Shown here piece after piece: positions 37,115 to 46,566 of a stretch of DNA of 64,000 bases (position 1 is the stretch's first letter; every line of letters starts with the position of its first letter). The position numbers were made by a program, and so were the translations under genes. Source of the stretch: an uncultured Anaerolineales bacterium. GTDB taxonomy: Bacteria; Chloroflexota; Anaerolineae; Anaerolineales; RBG-16-64-43. The DNA lies in assembly GCA_964353865.1 (NCBI GenBank), contig CAYGXJ010000002.1, positions 9,904-73,903 on the forward strand, in the 5' to 3' direction. The notes under the pieces were generated by a model. It made no database searches. It was not told the DNA's origin and saw nothing but the letters and a program-made list of their open reading frames with translations.

Positions 37115-39979
37115 TCACGCGGCCATTTCCGCCAGCGCCTCGCGCACATAGCGAGCGGTGAACGAACCCTCCGCCAGTGCCACGTCCTCGGGCGCGCCTT
37201 CCGCTACGATCCGCCCGCCGCCCTCGCCGCCCTCCGGCCCGAGATCCACGATCCAATCCGCTGTCTTGACCACGTCCAGGTTGTGCTCGATGACGATCAC
37301 CGTGTTGCCCGCGTCCGTGAGCCGGTGCAGCACGTCGAGCAGCTTCTGAATATCCGCAAAGTGCAGACCGGTGGTCGGCTCATCCAGGATGTAGAGTGTG
37401 CGTCCCGTCGCGACGCGGGCGAGCTCTTTGGCCAACTTGACGCGCTGCGCCTCCCCGCCCGAAAGCGTCGTCGCCGATTGGCCAAGCTTGACGTAATCCA
37501 GCCCCACGTCGTGCAGCGTACCAAGCAGGCGCTTCACGGTCGGGAATGCGCCAAAGAACTCGAACGCCTGCTGCACATCCATGTCGAGCACCTCAGCGAT
37601 CGAGCGCCCTTTGAACTTGATCTGCAGCGTTTCGCGGTTGAAGCGCGTCCCCTTGCACGCGTCGCAGGTGATCCATACATCCGGCAGGAAGTGCATCTCG
37701 ACCCGCTTCTGGCCGTGACCCTGGCAGGCCTCGCAGCGCCCACCCTTCACGTTGAAGGAGAAGCGCCCGGCCGCGTAGCCGCGCGCCTTGGCCTCCGGCA
37801 CCTGCGCCAGGATCATGCGGATGTCGTCGTACACGCCGATGTAGGTGGCCGGGTTCGAGCGCGGCGTGCGCCCGATCGGGTCCTGCGTGATGTTGACCGC
37901 CTTGTCGAAGAAATCGAGCCCCTCGATGCGGCGGAACGGGCCCGGCCGGTCGATTGCGCCGTGCAGCCGCGCGGCGAGCGCCGGGTAGAGCGTCTCCGCA
38001 ATCAGTGACGATTTGCCTGACCCCGAGACGCCGGTGACGCAGGTGAACAGCCCCACCGGGAAGCGCGCGTCTATGTTCTTCAGGTTGTTGTGGCGGGCGC
38101 CGTGCAGCACCAGCCAGTGATCGTTCGGGCAGCGCCTCCCGTTGCACGCGCCGGCCTGGGCCGTGCCCGCCGCCACCTTGAGCTCCCCGCGCAGGTAGCG
38201 CCCGGTGAGTGAGGCCGGATTGCGCGCGATCGCGGCCGGCGTGCCGGCGGCCACGATGCGCCCGCCCTCCACGCCCGCGCCTGGGCCGATATCCACAACC
38301 CAGTCGGCGGATTGAATCGTCTCGCGGTCGTGCTCGACGGTGATGACCGTGTTGCCCAGGTCGCGCAACCGCAGGAGCGAGTCGAGCAGGCGTCGGTTGT
38401 CGCGCGCGTGCAACCCGATCGAGGGCTCGTCGAGGATGTACATCACGCCCACCAGCCCCGAGCCGATCTGCGAGGCCAGGCGGATGCGCTGGCCCTCGCC
38501 GCCCGAGAGCGACGGCGCAACGCGCTCGAGCGTCAGGTAGTGCAGCCCGACGTTGAGCAGGAACTCGAGCCGCGCGCGGATCTCCTTGATCAATTCGCCC
38601 GCGACCGTCTCCTGATCGGCGGTCAGGTGCAGTGCGGAGAAGAAGTCCATGGCCTGCGCGATCGACATGGCCGATATTTCAATAATGGTCTTTCCCGCAA
38701 AGCGCACCGCGGCCGCCTCCGGGCGCAAGCGGGCGCCGTGACACGAGGGGCACGGCTGGTACGACATGAAGCGCGAGTACCATTCGCGCATGCTCTCCGA
38801 TTGCGTCTGGTGATAGCGGCGCTCGGTATTGGCAATCGTGCCGGCGTACGAAGAGGTCCATGACCCCTGCCCGCCGTCCTCGTTGCCCCATTCCCAGCGA
38901 ATCTTCACCTTCGGGTCGCCGTTCAGTATGCCCTGGCGCACCTTCTCAGGCAATCTCTTCCACGGCGTGTCGAGCGAGAACTTATAGTGGCCGGCGAAGG
39001 ACTTGGCCACCATGCGCGCGGTCTTGGAGGTCTTGGTCGACCCCCAACTGAGCACCGCGCCCTCGGCGATAGACTTCTCGCCATCGACGAACTTGGCCGG
39101 GTCGAAGCTGTACTTGTGGCCCAGGCCGTTGCAGTCCGGGCACATACCGAGGGGCGAGTTGAAGGAGAACATCGGCGGGGCCAGATCCGGGAACGAGAGC
39201 CCACAGTGCGGGCAGGCGTTGTGTTCGCTCATCTCGAGCGTCTTGCCGCCGGCCACGTCCACCACTACCGCCCCGCCGCCCACGCGCAGCGCCGTCTCGA
39301 CCGAATCCGCCAGCCGCGAGCGGAAGTCCTCCTCCGGCGTGGCGGGCAGCACCAGCCGGTCGACCACCACGTCGATGTCGTGCTTGCGTGTCTTGGCCAG
39401 GCTGATCTTCTGGTCGAGGTCAACCACCACGCCATTGACCCGCGCGCGCACAAAGCCCGAGGCGCGCGCCTCGGCCAGCACGTCCTCGTGCGTCCCCTTG
39501 CGCTTGCGCACGACCGGGGCGAGCAACATCAGCCGCGTCTCGGGCCGAAGCGATAGAATCTGATCGACGATCTGGGTCGAGGTCTGGCGTGCCACCGCCC
39601 GCCCGCAATTGGGGCAGTAGGGCGTGCCGCTGCGTGCAAAAAGGACGCGCAGGTAGTCGTTGATCTCGGTCACCGTGCCCACCGTCGAGCGCGGGTTCTT
39701 GGAGACCGCTTTCTGCTCGATGGCGATGGCCGGGGAGAGGCCGCCGATGTAGTCGACGTGCGGCTTTTCCATTTGGCCCAGGAACTGGCGCGCGTAGGCC
39801 GAAAGGCTCTCGACGTAGCGGCGCTGACCCTCGGCGAAGAGCGTGTCGAAGGCGAGCGACGACTTGCCCGAGCCGGAGACGCCGGTGAAGACGATAAACT
39901 TGTAGCGCGGAAGCGTGAGGTCGATGTTCTTGAGGTTGTGCTCGCGCGCGCCTCGGATGACGATTTGATTGGCCGACAT
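37115..39979 (-). CDS. uvrA: Excinuclease ABC subunit A
   Basis: ATG at 39979 inside ORF 37115..40111. Begins MSANQIVIRGAREHNLKNIDLTLPRYKFIVFTGVSGSGKSSLAFDT. Two ABC modules and zinc-finger Cys pairs are present. Confidence 0.97.
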   Translation of the reverse strand: MSANQIVIRGAREHNLKNIDLTLPRYKFIVFTGVSGSGKSSLAFDTLFAEGQRRYVESLSAYARQFLGQMEKPHVDYIGGLSPAIAIEQKAVSKNPRSTVGTVTEINDYLRVLFARSGTPYCPNCGRAVARQTSTQIVDQILSLRPETRLMLLAPVVRKRKGTHEDVLAEARASGFVRARVNGVVVDLDQKISLAKTRKHDIDVVVDRLVLPATPEEDFRSRLADSVETALRVGGGAVVVDVAGGKTLEMSEHNACPHCGLSFPDLAPPMFSFNSPLGMCPDCNGLGHKYSFDPAKFVDGEKSIAEGAVLSWGSTKTSKTARMVAKSFAGHYKFSLDTPWKRLPEKVRQGILNGDPKVKIRWEWGNEDGGQGSWTSSYAGTIANTERRYHQTQSESMREWYSRFMSYQPCPSCHGARLRPEAAAVRFAGKTIIEISAMSIAQAMDFFSALHLTADQETVAGELIKEIRARLEFLLNVGLHYLTLERVAPSLSGGEGQRIRLASQIGSGLVGVMYILDEPSIGLHARDNRRLLDSLLRLRDLGNTVITVEHDRETIQSADWVVDIGPGAGVEGGRIVAAGTPAAIARNPASLTGRYLRGELKVAAGTAQAGACNGRRCPNDHWLVLHGARHNNLKNIDARFPVGLFTCVTGVSGSGKSSLIAETLYPALAARLHGAIDRPGPFRRIEGLDFFDKAVNITQDPIGRTPRSNPATYIGVYDDIRMILAQVPEAKARGYAAGRFSFNVKGGRCEACQGHGQKRVEMHFLPDVWITCDACKGTRFNRETLQIKFKGRSIAEVLDMDVQQAFEFFGAFPTVKRLLGTLHDVGLDYVKLGQSATTLSGGEAQRVKLAKELARVATGRTLYILDEPTTGLHFADIQKLLDVLHRLTDAGNTVIVIEHNLDVVKTADWIVDLGPEGGEGGGRIVAEGAPEDVALAEGSFTARYVREALAEMAA

Positions 39980-40131
39980 AATCGTGTGGTATCGCTCTGG
40001 TTGCGGGATGAAGTGGATGCGCCCCTCCATTCTACCGACTTGTCGCGGCCGTGGGGAGGGGGAAATAGAGCGTGGCGGCGAGGGCGCGAATCGTGCGGCA
40101 GCGCGTGGCATTCTGGCAGGCGAGGTGATGG

Positions 40132-40551
40132 ATGAAGGTTTACTTCTCGTGCTCGCTCACCGGCGGGCGCAACGACGAGGCCATCTACGGCGCGCTGGTC
40201 GACCATTTGCAGGCGGCCGGCCATGAGGTGCTCACCGCCCACCTGGCGCGGCCGGAGGTCATGCGCGCCGAGCGGGTGGTCGACCCGGGCGAAGTCTATC
40301 ACCGCGATATCGCCTGGATCGAGGAATGTCGCGTGCTGGTGGCGGAGGTGAGCACGCCGTCACACGGCGTGGGCTACGAGATCGCCTACGCGCTCGAACG
40401 GGGCAAGCCGGTGTTGTGCCTCTACCGCCGCGATACGCGCGTCTCGAAGATGATCACCGGCAACGATTCACGCACGTTGCGTGTGGTGGCCTACACCTCG
40501 GCGGATGAGGCGCTCGCCCTGGTCGACAAATTCCTTGCGAGGGCAGGCTAA
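40132..40551 (+). CDS. DNPH1/Rcl-like 2'-deoxynucleoside 5'-phosphate N-hydrolase (nucleoside 2-deoxyribosyltransferase fold)
   Basis: 139 aa. The segments VYFSCSLTGGRNDEAIY, VLTAHL and LVAEVSTPSHGVGYEIAYA parallel the animal Rcl motifs (FCGSIRGGRED, VLTEHV, VVAEVTQPSLGVGYELG). Confidence 0.78.
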   Translation: MKVYFSCSLTGGRNDEAIYGALVDHLQAAGHEVLTAHLARPEVMRAERVVDPGEVYHRDIAWIEECRVLVAEVSTPSHGVGYEIAYALERGKPVLCLYRRDTRVSKMITGNDSRTLRVVAYTSADEALALVDKFLARAG

Positions 40552-40640
40552 GGACCACGCGCCACCTAGATTCGCGCGCGAAACAAGCACTGGGGCTGTC
40601 CGAAAAGTTCACGACGGGCAGCCCCCAAGAAGGAACAAAC

Positions 40641-40667
40641 GCCCCTCCCCGCGAAGCGGGGAGGGGC
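40641..40667. repeat. GC hairpin GCCCCTCCCCGC-gaa-GCGGGGAGGGGC between convergent genes
   Basis: Perfect 12-bp stem. It belongs to the same motif family as 30182-30206. A further hairpin, GGGGCTGTCC...GGGCAGCCCC, lies at 40592-40626. Confidence 0.8.
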
Positions 40668-40693
40668 GACTGCTCGTCCACGTCCTTCCCGTA

Positions 40694-41941
40694 TCACCCA
40701 ACGATCTTGGCCGAAGCCCGCGCCTTCTGCTTGAGTTCCAACCGCGCCAGGCGATGCTCGATCTGCTTCAGCATATCGGCGCGCTGCCACATATCGCGGG
40801 AGCGGCGCGCGGCGCGAGCGGCCGCTCGCGCCCAGCTCACCGCGGCCGCCATGTCGCGCGCTTGCCACTCGTAGTACTTGGCCAACTCAATACATGGCAG
40901 CGGGTCACCAGGGGCCAGGCCGTGCCAGGCCTGCCAGTGCTCGACAGATTCGGCCGCGCGCCGGCCGTGCTTGAGCAACGCGGCCAGCATGCCGTGCGCG
41001 CGCAACTGCCCCGCCTCATCCAGCACCGCACCCAGCGCCGCGCGCAAGGCGCTCTCGGCGTGCGCCGCCTCGCCGCGCGCCGCATACAGCCGCCCCAGCG
41101 CGATCCCATCCGGCGGCTCGAGCGGATCCTCCGGCGGACGACGGTAGCGCTCGAAGAGGTCCGCGGTCAGCGCCACCAGCGAGAGAATATCGCACGCGTT
41201 ATGGTAGATCACGTCCTCAAGCGGCGCGGCATCACCCGCCTCCAAGTAGCTTCGATACATGGCCGGGATCAGGTAGCTCTCGACATCGCGCGCCTCGCGC
41301 ACGATGCCGAGAGCCCGCTCTTCGAGCGAGCCCAGCGAGCACGACTCGAGCCGCCCACGCCAGAAGCGGCGCGCGTGGGGCAAGAGATCCAGATGCGGCA
41401 GATCCGCCAGCGAAACGCGTTTGCGCAGTCGGATCGTTCCACGGGCTTCGAGGATCGGCACATCGAATCCGCGGCCGTTGAACGTGACCAGGCCGGCTGC
41501 GGAAGCAAACTCACCCAGCACGGCCTCCAACATTGCCGCTTCTTCAGATGGATCGCGCAAGAAGTACTGACGCAGTACGTAGCGACCGCCCTGCATGCGG
41601 CCCAGCCCCACCAGGAATGCGAAGGTCCCCGCCCCGCCCGATAGGCCCGTAGTCTCGGTATCGAGAAAAACGAGCGACTCGAGTGTGCCTCGCGGTTGGA
41701 AGCCCAAGAGAGTGCTTTCGGGCATGGCTTGCCGGGCAAGCGCGCCAAGCTGGATGCGCCCATGCTGATGATCGGGCGCGTAGCTCGTTTCGAGGTAGTA
41801 GTAGTCTCCGCGCGACGAGGAGGCGATGTGCCCGGCCCAATGTGCAGGGATGCGGCGCGGCGCCGCGGGTTGCGGCGGACGCGCGCGCTTTGTGCTGCCC
41901 GCGCGCTTCAATCGCGCGCGGAGCGAGGCCATGTCACTCAT
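40694..41941 (-). CDS. RNase H-like (YprB-type) putative exonuclease with C-terminal TPR-like region
   Basis: 415 aa with motifs VFLDTETTGLSGGAGTFAFLVG, LVTFNGRGFDVPILE and YHNACDILSL. Confidence 0.72.
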   Translation of the reverse strand: MSDMASLRARLKRAGSTKRARPPQPAAPRRIPAHWAGHIASSSRGDYYYLETSYAPDHQHGRIQLGALARQAMPESTLLGFQPRGTLESLVFLDTETTGLSGGAGTFAFLVGLGRMQGGRYVLRQYFLRDPSEEAAMLEAVLGEFASAAGLVTFNGRGFDVPILEARGTIRLRKRVSLADLPHLDLLPHARRFWRGRLESCSLGSLEERALGIVREARDVESYLIPAMYRSYLEAGDAAPLEDVIYHNACDILSLVALTADLFERYRRPPEDPLEPPDGIALGRLYAARGEAAHAESALRAALGAVLDEAGQLRAHGMLAALLKHGRRAAESVEHWQAWHGLAPGDPLPCIELAKYYEWQARDMAAAVSWARAAARAARRSRDMWQRADMLKQIEHRLARLELKQKARASAKIVG

Positions 41942-42213
41942 AATGTGCGCTTATCCTATCGCGATACGGGCAATAGTATACCGTGGGCAGGTACGGCGAC
42001 CGGGGGATTCGAAATCGAGTGTGGCGTTGGATGCGGAGCGACGAAAGTCATCGGGGAGAGGTGACGGGTGGCCTGGGCGCGGTGTGCGTGCCGGGTTATA
42101 GTGAGGGCAGAGACGAGAGAGAGATGGGGGTAACTCCATCGCTCATCGCTGTCTCCTCCTTTGGCGAAGGCCTCCACCAGGCTCCCCCCTCACTGCCCTG
42201 GTGGAGGCGCCAT

Positions 42214-44316
42214 TTAACCCCCAGACGCACTCGCTTCAGGTGTCTCGTCCTGGTTGGCCTGCGCGGTCGGCAGCACCACAGTGAAGGTGGACCCTTCGCC
42301 CACGGTCGACTCGACCCAAATGCGGCCGCCGTGCACTTCCACGATCGACTTGACAATCGAGAGACCCAAGCCGCTGCCTGTTCCATCCTCGACATTGGAG
42401 GCACGGTAGAACTTGTTGAAGATGTAGGGCTGCTCGGGCGTGGGGATCCCCACACCAGTATCGGAAACAAGCAGCAGCACCTGGTTCTCCTCCAGATGCG
42501 TGGACACCGTCACCCGCCCGTTCTCGGGTGTGAACTTGATCGCGTTGTCGATCAGGTTGTTGATCATTTGGCGCAGGCGAACCGGGTTACCCGCCACGGC
42601 GGGCAGGTCTGGCGGCAAGTCCACTTCAAGATGGATACCCTTGTTCTCGCTGCGCACGCGCAGGCTGTCGGCCGCATAGCCGGCCAGCGCCGAAAGGTCG
42701 ACCAGGTCTTGCTGCGTATCGAGGCCGGCCTCGATGCGCCCCAAGTGCACCAGATCGGTGATGAGAGCCGTGATGGATTGCGTGCTGTCTTGCACGCGTC
42801 GCAGGAACTCGTGCTGCTGTGGCGTGAGTGGGCCGCCGCGCTCGATGAGGTCCACATAGCCGAGAATCGTCGTGAGCGGCGAGCGCAGGTCGTGCGAGAC
42901 GGTGGTGACGAATTCCGACTTGATGCGGTCGAGCTCTTTGAGGTGGGTGATATCGCGCATTACCACCACGTGGCCCACGCCCTCGATCGGCGTGAGGTGA
43001 GTGTGGAACACGCGCCCATCGGCCAGGGTGATCTCCGCCCGGCGCAATTGCGGGCTGGGCGTGTCACGGCGCGAGTAGAGCGCGAGCAGCTCGGGGTGGG
43101 GCACGGCCTCGGTCAGCGGATGCAGCAGAGCCGCGTCCTGGTTGAGGCCGAAGGCTTCTTGCGCCGTGCGGTTGATGAGCAGCAGGCGGTCCTGCGGGTC
43201 GGTGATCAGCACCCCGTCTTCGGTTTGCTGCAGGATGGTTTCCAGTTGGCGGCGCTCAGACTGCACCTGGCTGTAGAGTCGCGCGTTCTCGAGGGCCACC
43301 GCGGCATACTCGCCAAGGGCTTGCATCAGCACCACGTGATGCGCGTTGAGCGGCCGTCCGGCCTGACGGTTATCGACGCCCAGGAGACCCACCGAGCCGG
43401 TCTCGCCCTTGAGCGGAACGAAGATCAGAGAATGCACGAGGAAGGTGGTGGTAATCTTCTGCGGGCTGTGCTCGTCAATGAGCACCGGCTCGCCGGAGCG
43501 CAGCGCCTCGCCGGCCAACGAATCCTGCACCCGCGCGCGGAAAGTGCGCACGAATTGCTCGTCGAAGTTCTTGGCCGCACGCATATACAGGTCGCCGCTG
43601 ACCTCATCCAGGAGCATCAGGCTGCCCTCGTCGGCTCCGGTGAGAGCCACGGCGGCTTCGACGATGGCGGTGAGCACCGCGTCGAGGTTGAGGTGGCGTA
43701 GAATTCCCTGGGCCAGGCCAGCCAGCGTTTCGAGCTCGCGCACGCGCGGCGAGGCATCCGCAGCCGGCACTTCCGCCGGCGGTGCACTGGGGCCGGGCGG
43801 CGTGGTCAGCGCCGTTTGCGCATCGCGGACGAGTGTCGTCAGGGCCGCCTCTTGGGCCATCAAGCGAGAGACGTGCTGGCTCAGACGAGTGAGCGGCAGC
43901 GAAGCCAAACGCGGCCGCAATTCGCCGGTGCCGGGCTTGGGCCGGTGGGCATACTCCGCGGCCAGCCGCTCGAGCGCCGCGTCCACTTCGGCGGGGCGCG
44001 GGCTCACCAAGAGGTCATTGGCCTTGGCCTGTCGGGCCGCTTGCACCAGCTCCGGGCTGTCGCTGTCGAGCAGCACCAGCACCGGCAGCCGCGGCTGCGC
44101 GGCGCGCAGCGTGGCAATGGCTTCTTGCGTGAATTCGGGCGAGGCTGGCATGGCCACCACACCGAGTGAGGTGGGGAACTGTTTCACCAGGCCAATGGCC
44201 TCTGCCAGCGAATCGCATGCCAGCACGCGGTGGCCGCGCGGACGAAAGGCCGCTTCTTCAAACTGAGGCGTCAGCGTATGCTGTGGGTCGAGGAGGAGTA
44301 TCGTCTCGCTGGGCAT
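42214..44316 (-). CDS. Sensor histidine kinase (receiver-like N-terminus, GAF, PAS, HisKA, HATPase_c)
   Basis: 700 aa. The H-box is SHDLRSPLTTILGY. The ATP-lid is DTGVGIP...GSGLGLSIVKSIVEVHGG. Confidence 0.9.
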   Translation of the reverse strand: MPSETILLLDPQHTLTPQFEEAAFRPRGHRVLACDSLAEAIGLVKQFPTSLGVVAMPASPEFTQEAIATLRAAQPRLPVLVLLDSDSPELVQAARQAKANDLLVSPRPAEVDAALERLAAEYAHRPKPGTGELRPRLASLPLTRLSQHVSRLMAQEAALTTLVRDAQTALTTPPGPSAPPAEVPAADASPRVRELETLAGLAQGILRHLNLDAVLTAIVEAAVALTGADEGSLMLLDEVSGDLYMRAAKNFDEQFVRTFRARVQDSLAGEALRSGEPVLIDEHSPQKITTTFLVHSLIFVPLKGETGSVGLLGVDNRQAGRPLNAHHVVLMQALGEYAAVALENARLYSQVQSERRQLETILQQTEDGVLITDPQDRLLLINRTAQEAFGLNQDAALLHPLTEAVPHPELLALYSRRDTPSPQLRRAEITLADGRVFHTHLTPIEGVGHVVVMRDITHLKELDRIKSEFVTTVSHDLRSPLTTILGYVDLIERGGPLTPQQHEFLRRVQDSTQSITALITDLVHLGRIEAGLDTQQDLVDLSALAGYAADSLRVRSENKGIHLEVDLPPDLPAVAGNPVRLRQMINNLIDNAIKFTPENGRVTVSTHLEENQVLLLVSDTGVGIPTPEQPYIFNKFYRASNVEDGTGSGLGLSIVKSIVEVHGGRIWVESTVGEGSTFTVVLPTAQANQDETPEASASGG

Positions 44317-44322
44317 CGCGCG

Positions 44323-45294
44323 TTAAGAGGACGGCATGCCGTCACCGGCCAGGCGCGCTTCCAGCGAGCGGAAGAGGCGCGCATTGATCAGAGCGATCGA
44401 TGCGTAATCCGCTACCGCCTCGAGCAAGGCCTGATCGTGCTGAGTGAAATCGCGCGGGCGCCGGTTGGCTACGGCGATGACCCCCAGCCCCTCGCCGCGG
44501 GTGCGAATGGGTGTAAGCAGCGCGGTCTGGCACGCCTGGCCGATCGCCAGGCGGCGCAGCCCGTCGCCTGACAGACGCATGCCCTCGCCCGAAACGAGAA
44601 CCGAAGGCGAGAGCCCGTCATCCCAGGCCTGGCCCAGCCGCGCCACAATCGGCGTGGGCAGGCCGTGTTGCGCGCGCAGAACCAACTGGCCGCTGTCATC
44701 CTCGCGCAGCATGAGCCAGCCCATGTCGGCTTCGGTGGCGAAGCGCGCGCCCTCCAGCAGACGCCCAGCCACCTGGTCCATCTGATCGAGCGAAGTGATC
44801 GCTCGTCCAATGCCGTGCAGCAAAGTCAATTGCTTGACGCGCTGCTCGAGTTCCTGGTTGGTCTCGGCCAGACGCGAGGCCAGCGCCTCGCGTTCGCGGC
44901 GCAGTCGAGCCTCGACCAGCGCGCGCTCAACCGATGAGACCACTTCCGCCTCGCGCAAGGGTTTGCTCAAGTAATCGCGCGCGCCCAGGCGGAAGGCGCG
45001 CAAGGCCATGCTCTCCATGCCCACCGGCGCGGTGACAATGACCGGCGCCTCCAGCCCCTGGGCGCGCAACGTCACCAGCACGTCCTTGGCCGTCAGGCGC
45101 GGCAGGGTCAGGCTGGCGATGACCACATCCGGATGGAAGGTGACGATGCGCTGGATGGCGGTGGGGCCGTCGGCGGCGGTCGCGACCTGATAGCCCATGG
45201 GCAAGAGCGTCTGCCGAGCGAGGCTGTCCAGAACGTCCGGATCCTCGTCGGCAATCAGGATCTTCTCCGCGCCGCTGTTCAATGAGGTTCCCAT
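44323..45294 (-). CDS. Response regulator with REC and GAF domains
   Basis: The REC domain reads KILIADEDPDVLDSL...DVVIASLTLPRLTAKDV, and a C-terminal GAF domain follows. The start is ATG at 45294 or 45336. Confidence 0.8.
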   Translation of the reverse strand: MGTSLNSGAEKILIADEDPDVLDSLARQTLLPMGYQVATAADGPTAIQRIVTFHPDVVIASLTLPRLTAKDVLVTLRAQGLEAPVIVTAPVGMESMALRAFRLGARDYLSKPLREAEVVSSVERALVEARLRREREALASRLAETNQELEQRVKQLTLLHGIGRAITSLDQMDQVAGRLLEGARFATEADMGWLMLREDDSGQLVLRAQHGLPTPIVARLGQAWDDGLSPSVLVSGEGMRLSGDGLRRLAIGQACQTALLTPIRTRGEGLGVIAVANRRPRDFTQHDQALLEAVADYASIALINARLFRSLEARLAGDGMPSS

Positions 45295-45513
45295 GGTGGG
45301 TAGCCCACTCCCCTCGGTGAGCCGTGCATGAGCCATGCCCGCGTTTGGCGCGGCGGGGGGCCGGGGTCTGGTGCGTCACCGCCGGCACGCACAGTGCCTG
45401 CCAGCGACCGCGTCATACTATAGCACAATTCGATGCGGCCAGCCCGTGAAACGCGCCTCTTCTTGACGCCACGCGTGAGGCGTTAGAGGATTGTAAGAAC
45501 CCGATGAGCCGTA

Positions 45514-45543
45514 TTGACTTGCCGCCGGTCTCGTGACTAGAAT
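45514..45543 (+). promoter_or_regulatory. Sigma70-type promoter upstream of the J-protein gene
   Basis: TTGACT, an 18-nt spacer, then TAGAAT. The -10 element ends 27 nt upstream of the ATG at 45570. Confidence 0.5.
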
Positions 45544-45569
45544 CCTCATACGCCATCCTTCATGTGACC

Positions 45570-46514
45570 ATGGACTACCGCGACTACTATCAAGTCCTCG
45601 GCGTCTCGCGCGAATCGAGTGCCGGCGAAATCAAGAAAGCCTATCGCAAGCTGGCCCTCAAGTACCACCCCGATCGCAACCAGGGCCAGCGCGAGGCCGA
45701 AGAGCGCTTTAAGGAGATCAACGAGGCGTACGAGGTCCTCGGCGACCCCCAGAAGCGCGCCAAGTACGACCAGTTGGGCCACGCCTACAACGAATGGCAG
45801 CATGCCGGCGGCGCGCCGGGCGGATTCGACTGGGGCCAATGGGCGGGCGCCGCTCCCGGCGGCACGCGGGTGGAATTCAGCGACTTAGGCGAAGCGTTCG
45901 GCGACTTTTCGGATTTCTTCCGTGCCATCTTCGGCGACATGCCGCGCGGCACGTTCACCCAGGGCGGCTTCCAGCGCGGCGGCGGGTCGTTCGCGGCGCA
46001 GGGGCGCGACGCCCAAGCCACGGTCGAGATCAGTTTGGAGGACGCCTATCGTGGCACCTCGCGCCTGCTGCAACAGGATAGCCGCCGCCTCGAGGTGCGC
46101 ATTCCGCCCGGCGCCCAGACGGGGACGCGCATTCGTCTGGCGGGTGAGGGTCCGCGGGTGCGCAACGCAGCGGCGGGCGACATTTATCTCGTCGTTCAGG
46201 TCAAGCCTCATCCTCGCTTCGAACGCCAGGGCGACGACTTGCACACCGAAATGGCCGTTGACCTTTACACCCTGGTGCTCGGGGGCGAGGTGTCGGTGTC
46301 CACCCTCGACGGGCGGCAGGTCTTGCTTTCCATCCCGCCCGAGACCCAGCCCGGCCAAACCTTCCGCCTCACCGGGTTGGGCATGCCTCGCCTGCGGTCG
46401 GGAAGTGAACAGGGCGATCTGTACGTGCGGGTGCGCGTGGAGTTGCCCACCCGCCTCGCGGCGGAGGAGAAGCGCCTGTTCGAAGAATTGGCGCGCCTGC
46501 GCCGAAAAGCTTGA
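45570..46514 (+). CDS. J-domain co-chaperone, CbpA-like (no zinc-finger domain)
   Basis: Begins [12 protein letters not shown], with [11 protein letters not shown] (HPD motif), a G/F-rich linker and DnaJ C-terminal beta domains. There is no CxxCxGxG repeat. Confidence 0.87.
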   Translation: MDYRDYYQVLGVSRESSAGEIKKAYRKLALKYHPDRNQGQREAEERFKEINEAYEVLGDPQKRAKYDQLGHAYNEWQHAGGAPGGFDWGQWAGAAPGGTRVEFSDLGEAFGDFSDFFRAIFGDMPRGTFTQGGFQRGGGSFAAQGRDAQATVEISLEDAYRGTSRLLQQDSRRLEVRIPPGAQTGTRIRLAGEGPRVRNAAAGDIYLVVQVKPHPRFERQGDDLHTEMAVDLYTLVLGGEVSVSTLDGRQVLLSIPPETQPGQTFRLTGLGMPRLRSGSEQGDLYVRVRVELPTRLAAEEKRLFEELARLRRKA

Positions 46515-46566
46515 CCGGCCCTTGCCGGCGGCCTTCTCGCAGCGACACGTTGCCAGGGAGAGACGA

